Assembly (NCBI GenBank): GCA_951406725.2 | Contig: OX597830.1 | Coordinates: 3,472,001-3,536,000, forward strand | Origin: Octopus vulgaris | Lineage: Eukaryota | DNA: 64,000 bases | Direction: 5' to 3' | Part shown: in pieces, positions 63,847 through 64,000 of the stretch | Position numbering within the stretch: the first letter of the stretch is position 1 | Layout: the number at the start of each line of letters is the position of its first letter | Translations under genes and position numbers: made by a program | The notes under the pieces: generated by a model | The model's input: only the letters and a program-made list of their open reading frames with translations | The model's database searches: none | What the model was told of the DNA's origin: nothing

Positions 63847-64000
63847 TACCATGTAAACATACAACTGTGCAAACCATTACACCAAAGTAATATCACAAAA
63901 TTAATTAGAAAACTGAAATAAAGTAGCTACAGTGATGATCCTAGTAAATATCTACAATATAAACAATTATCAAGTATGATCTGAAGAAAAGAGCAGTGGA

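Overview
This is AT-rich, microsatellite-dense eukaryotic DNA. The repeat content (tRNA-derived SINE families, RTE LINEs with (GAT)n tails, Penelope-like fragments) points to a coleoid cephalopod such as Octopus; that assignment is an inference. The window reads as intronic or intergenic sequence, and no complete host gene can be built from it. Most ORFs in the track are microsatellite artefacts, antisense shadows or transposon relics. Recognisable elements are two 5'-truncated RTE LINEs in opposite orientation (the longer one has a PHD-type zinc finger inside its RT), older CR1-like and RTE fossils, and a tandem pair of R4/Dong 3' ends. DNA transposons include a DD37D (maT) mariner fossil, a hAT transposase fossil, a Helitron Pif1-helicase fossil, two copies of a 1.35-kb non-autonomous Helitron-like element, and MITEs of Merlin, piggyBac and hAT type. 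A few weakly supported minus-strand exons are present, best at 7375-7490, and two near-perfect RFX X-boxes lie at 59.6-60.0 kb. The most notable signal is a set of minimal hammerhead-ribozyme motifs in Penelope-like fragments, one fused downstream of a tRNA-like Pol III head (22190-22470). There are also repeated near-zero-spacer palindromes and long inverted repeats. Repeat boundaries are approximate unless TIRs or TSDs are quoted.
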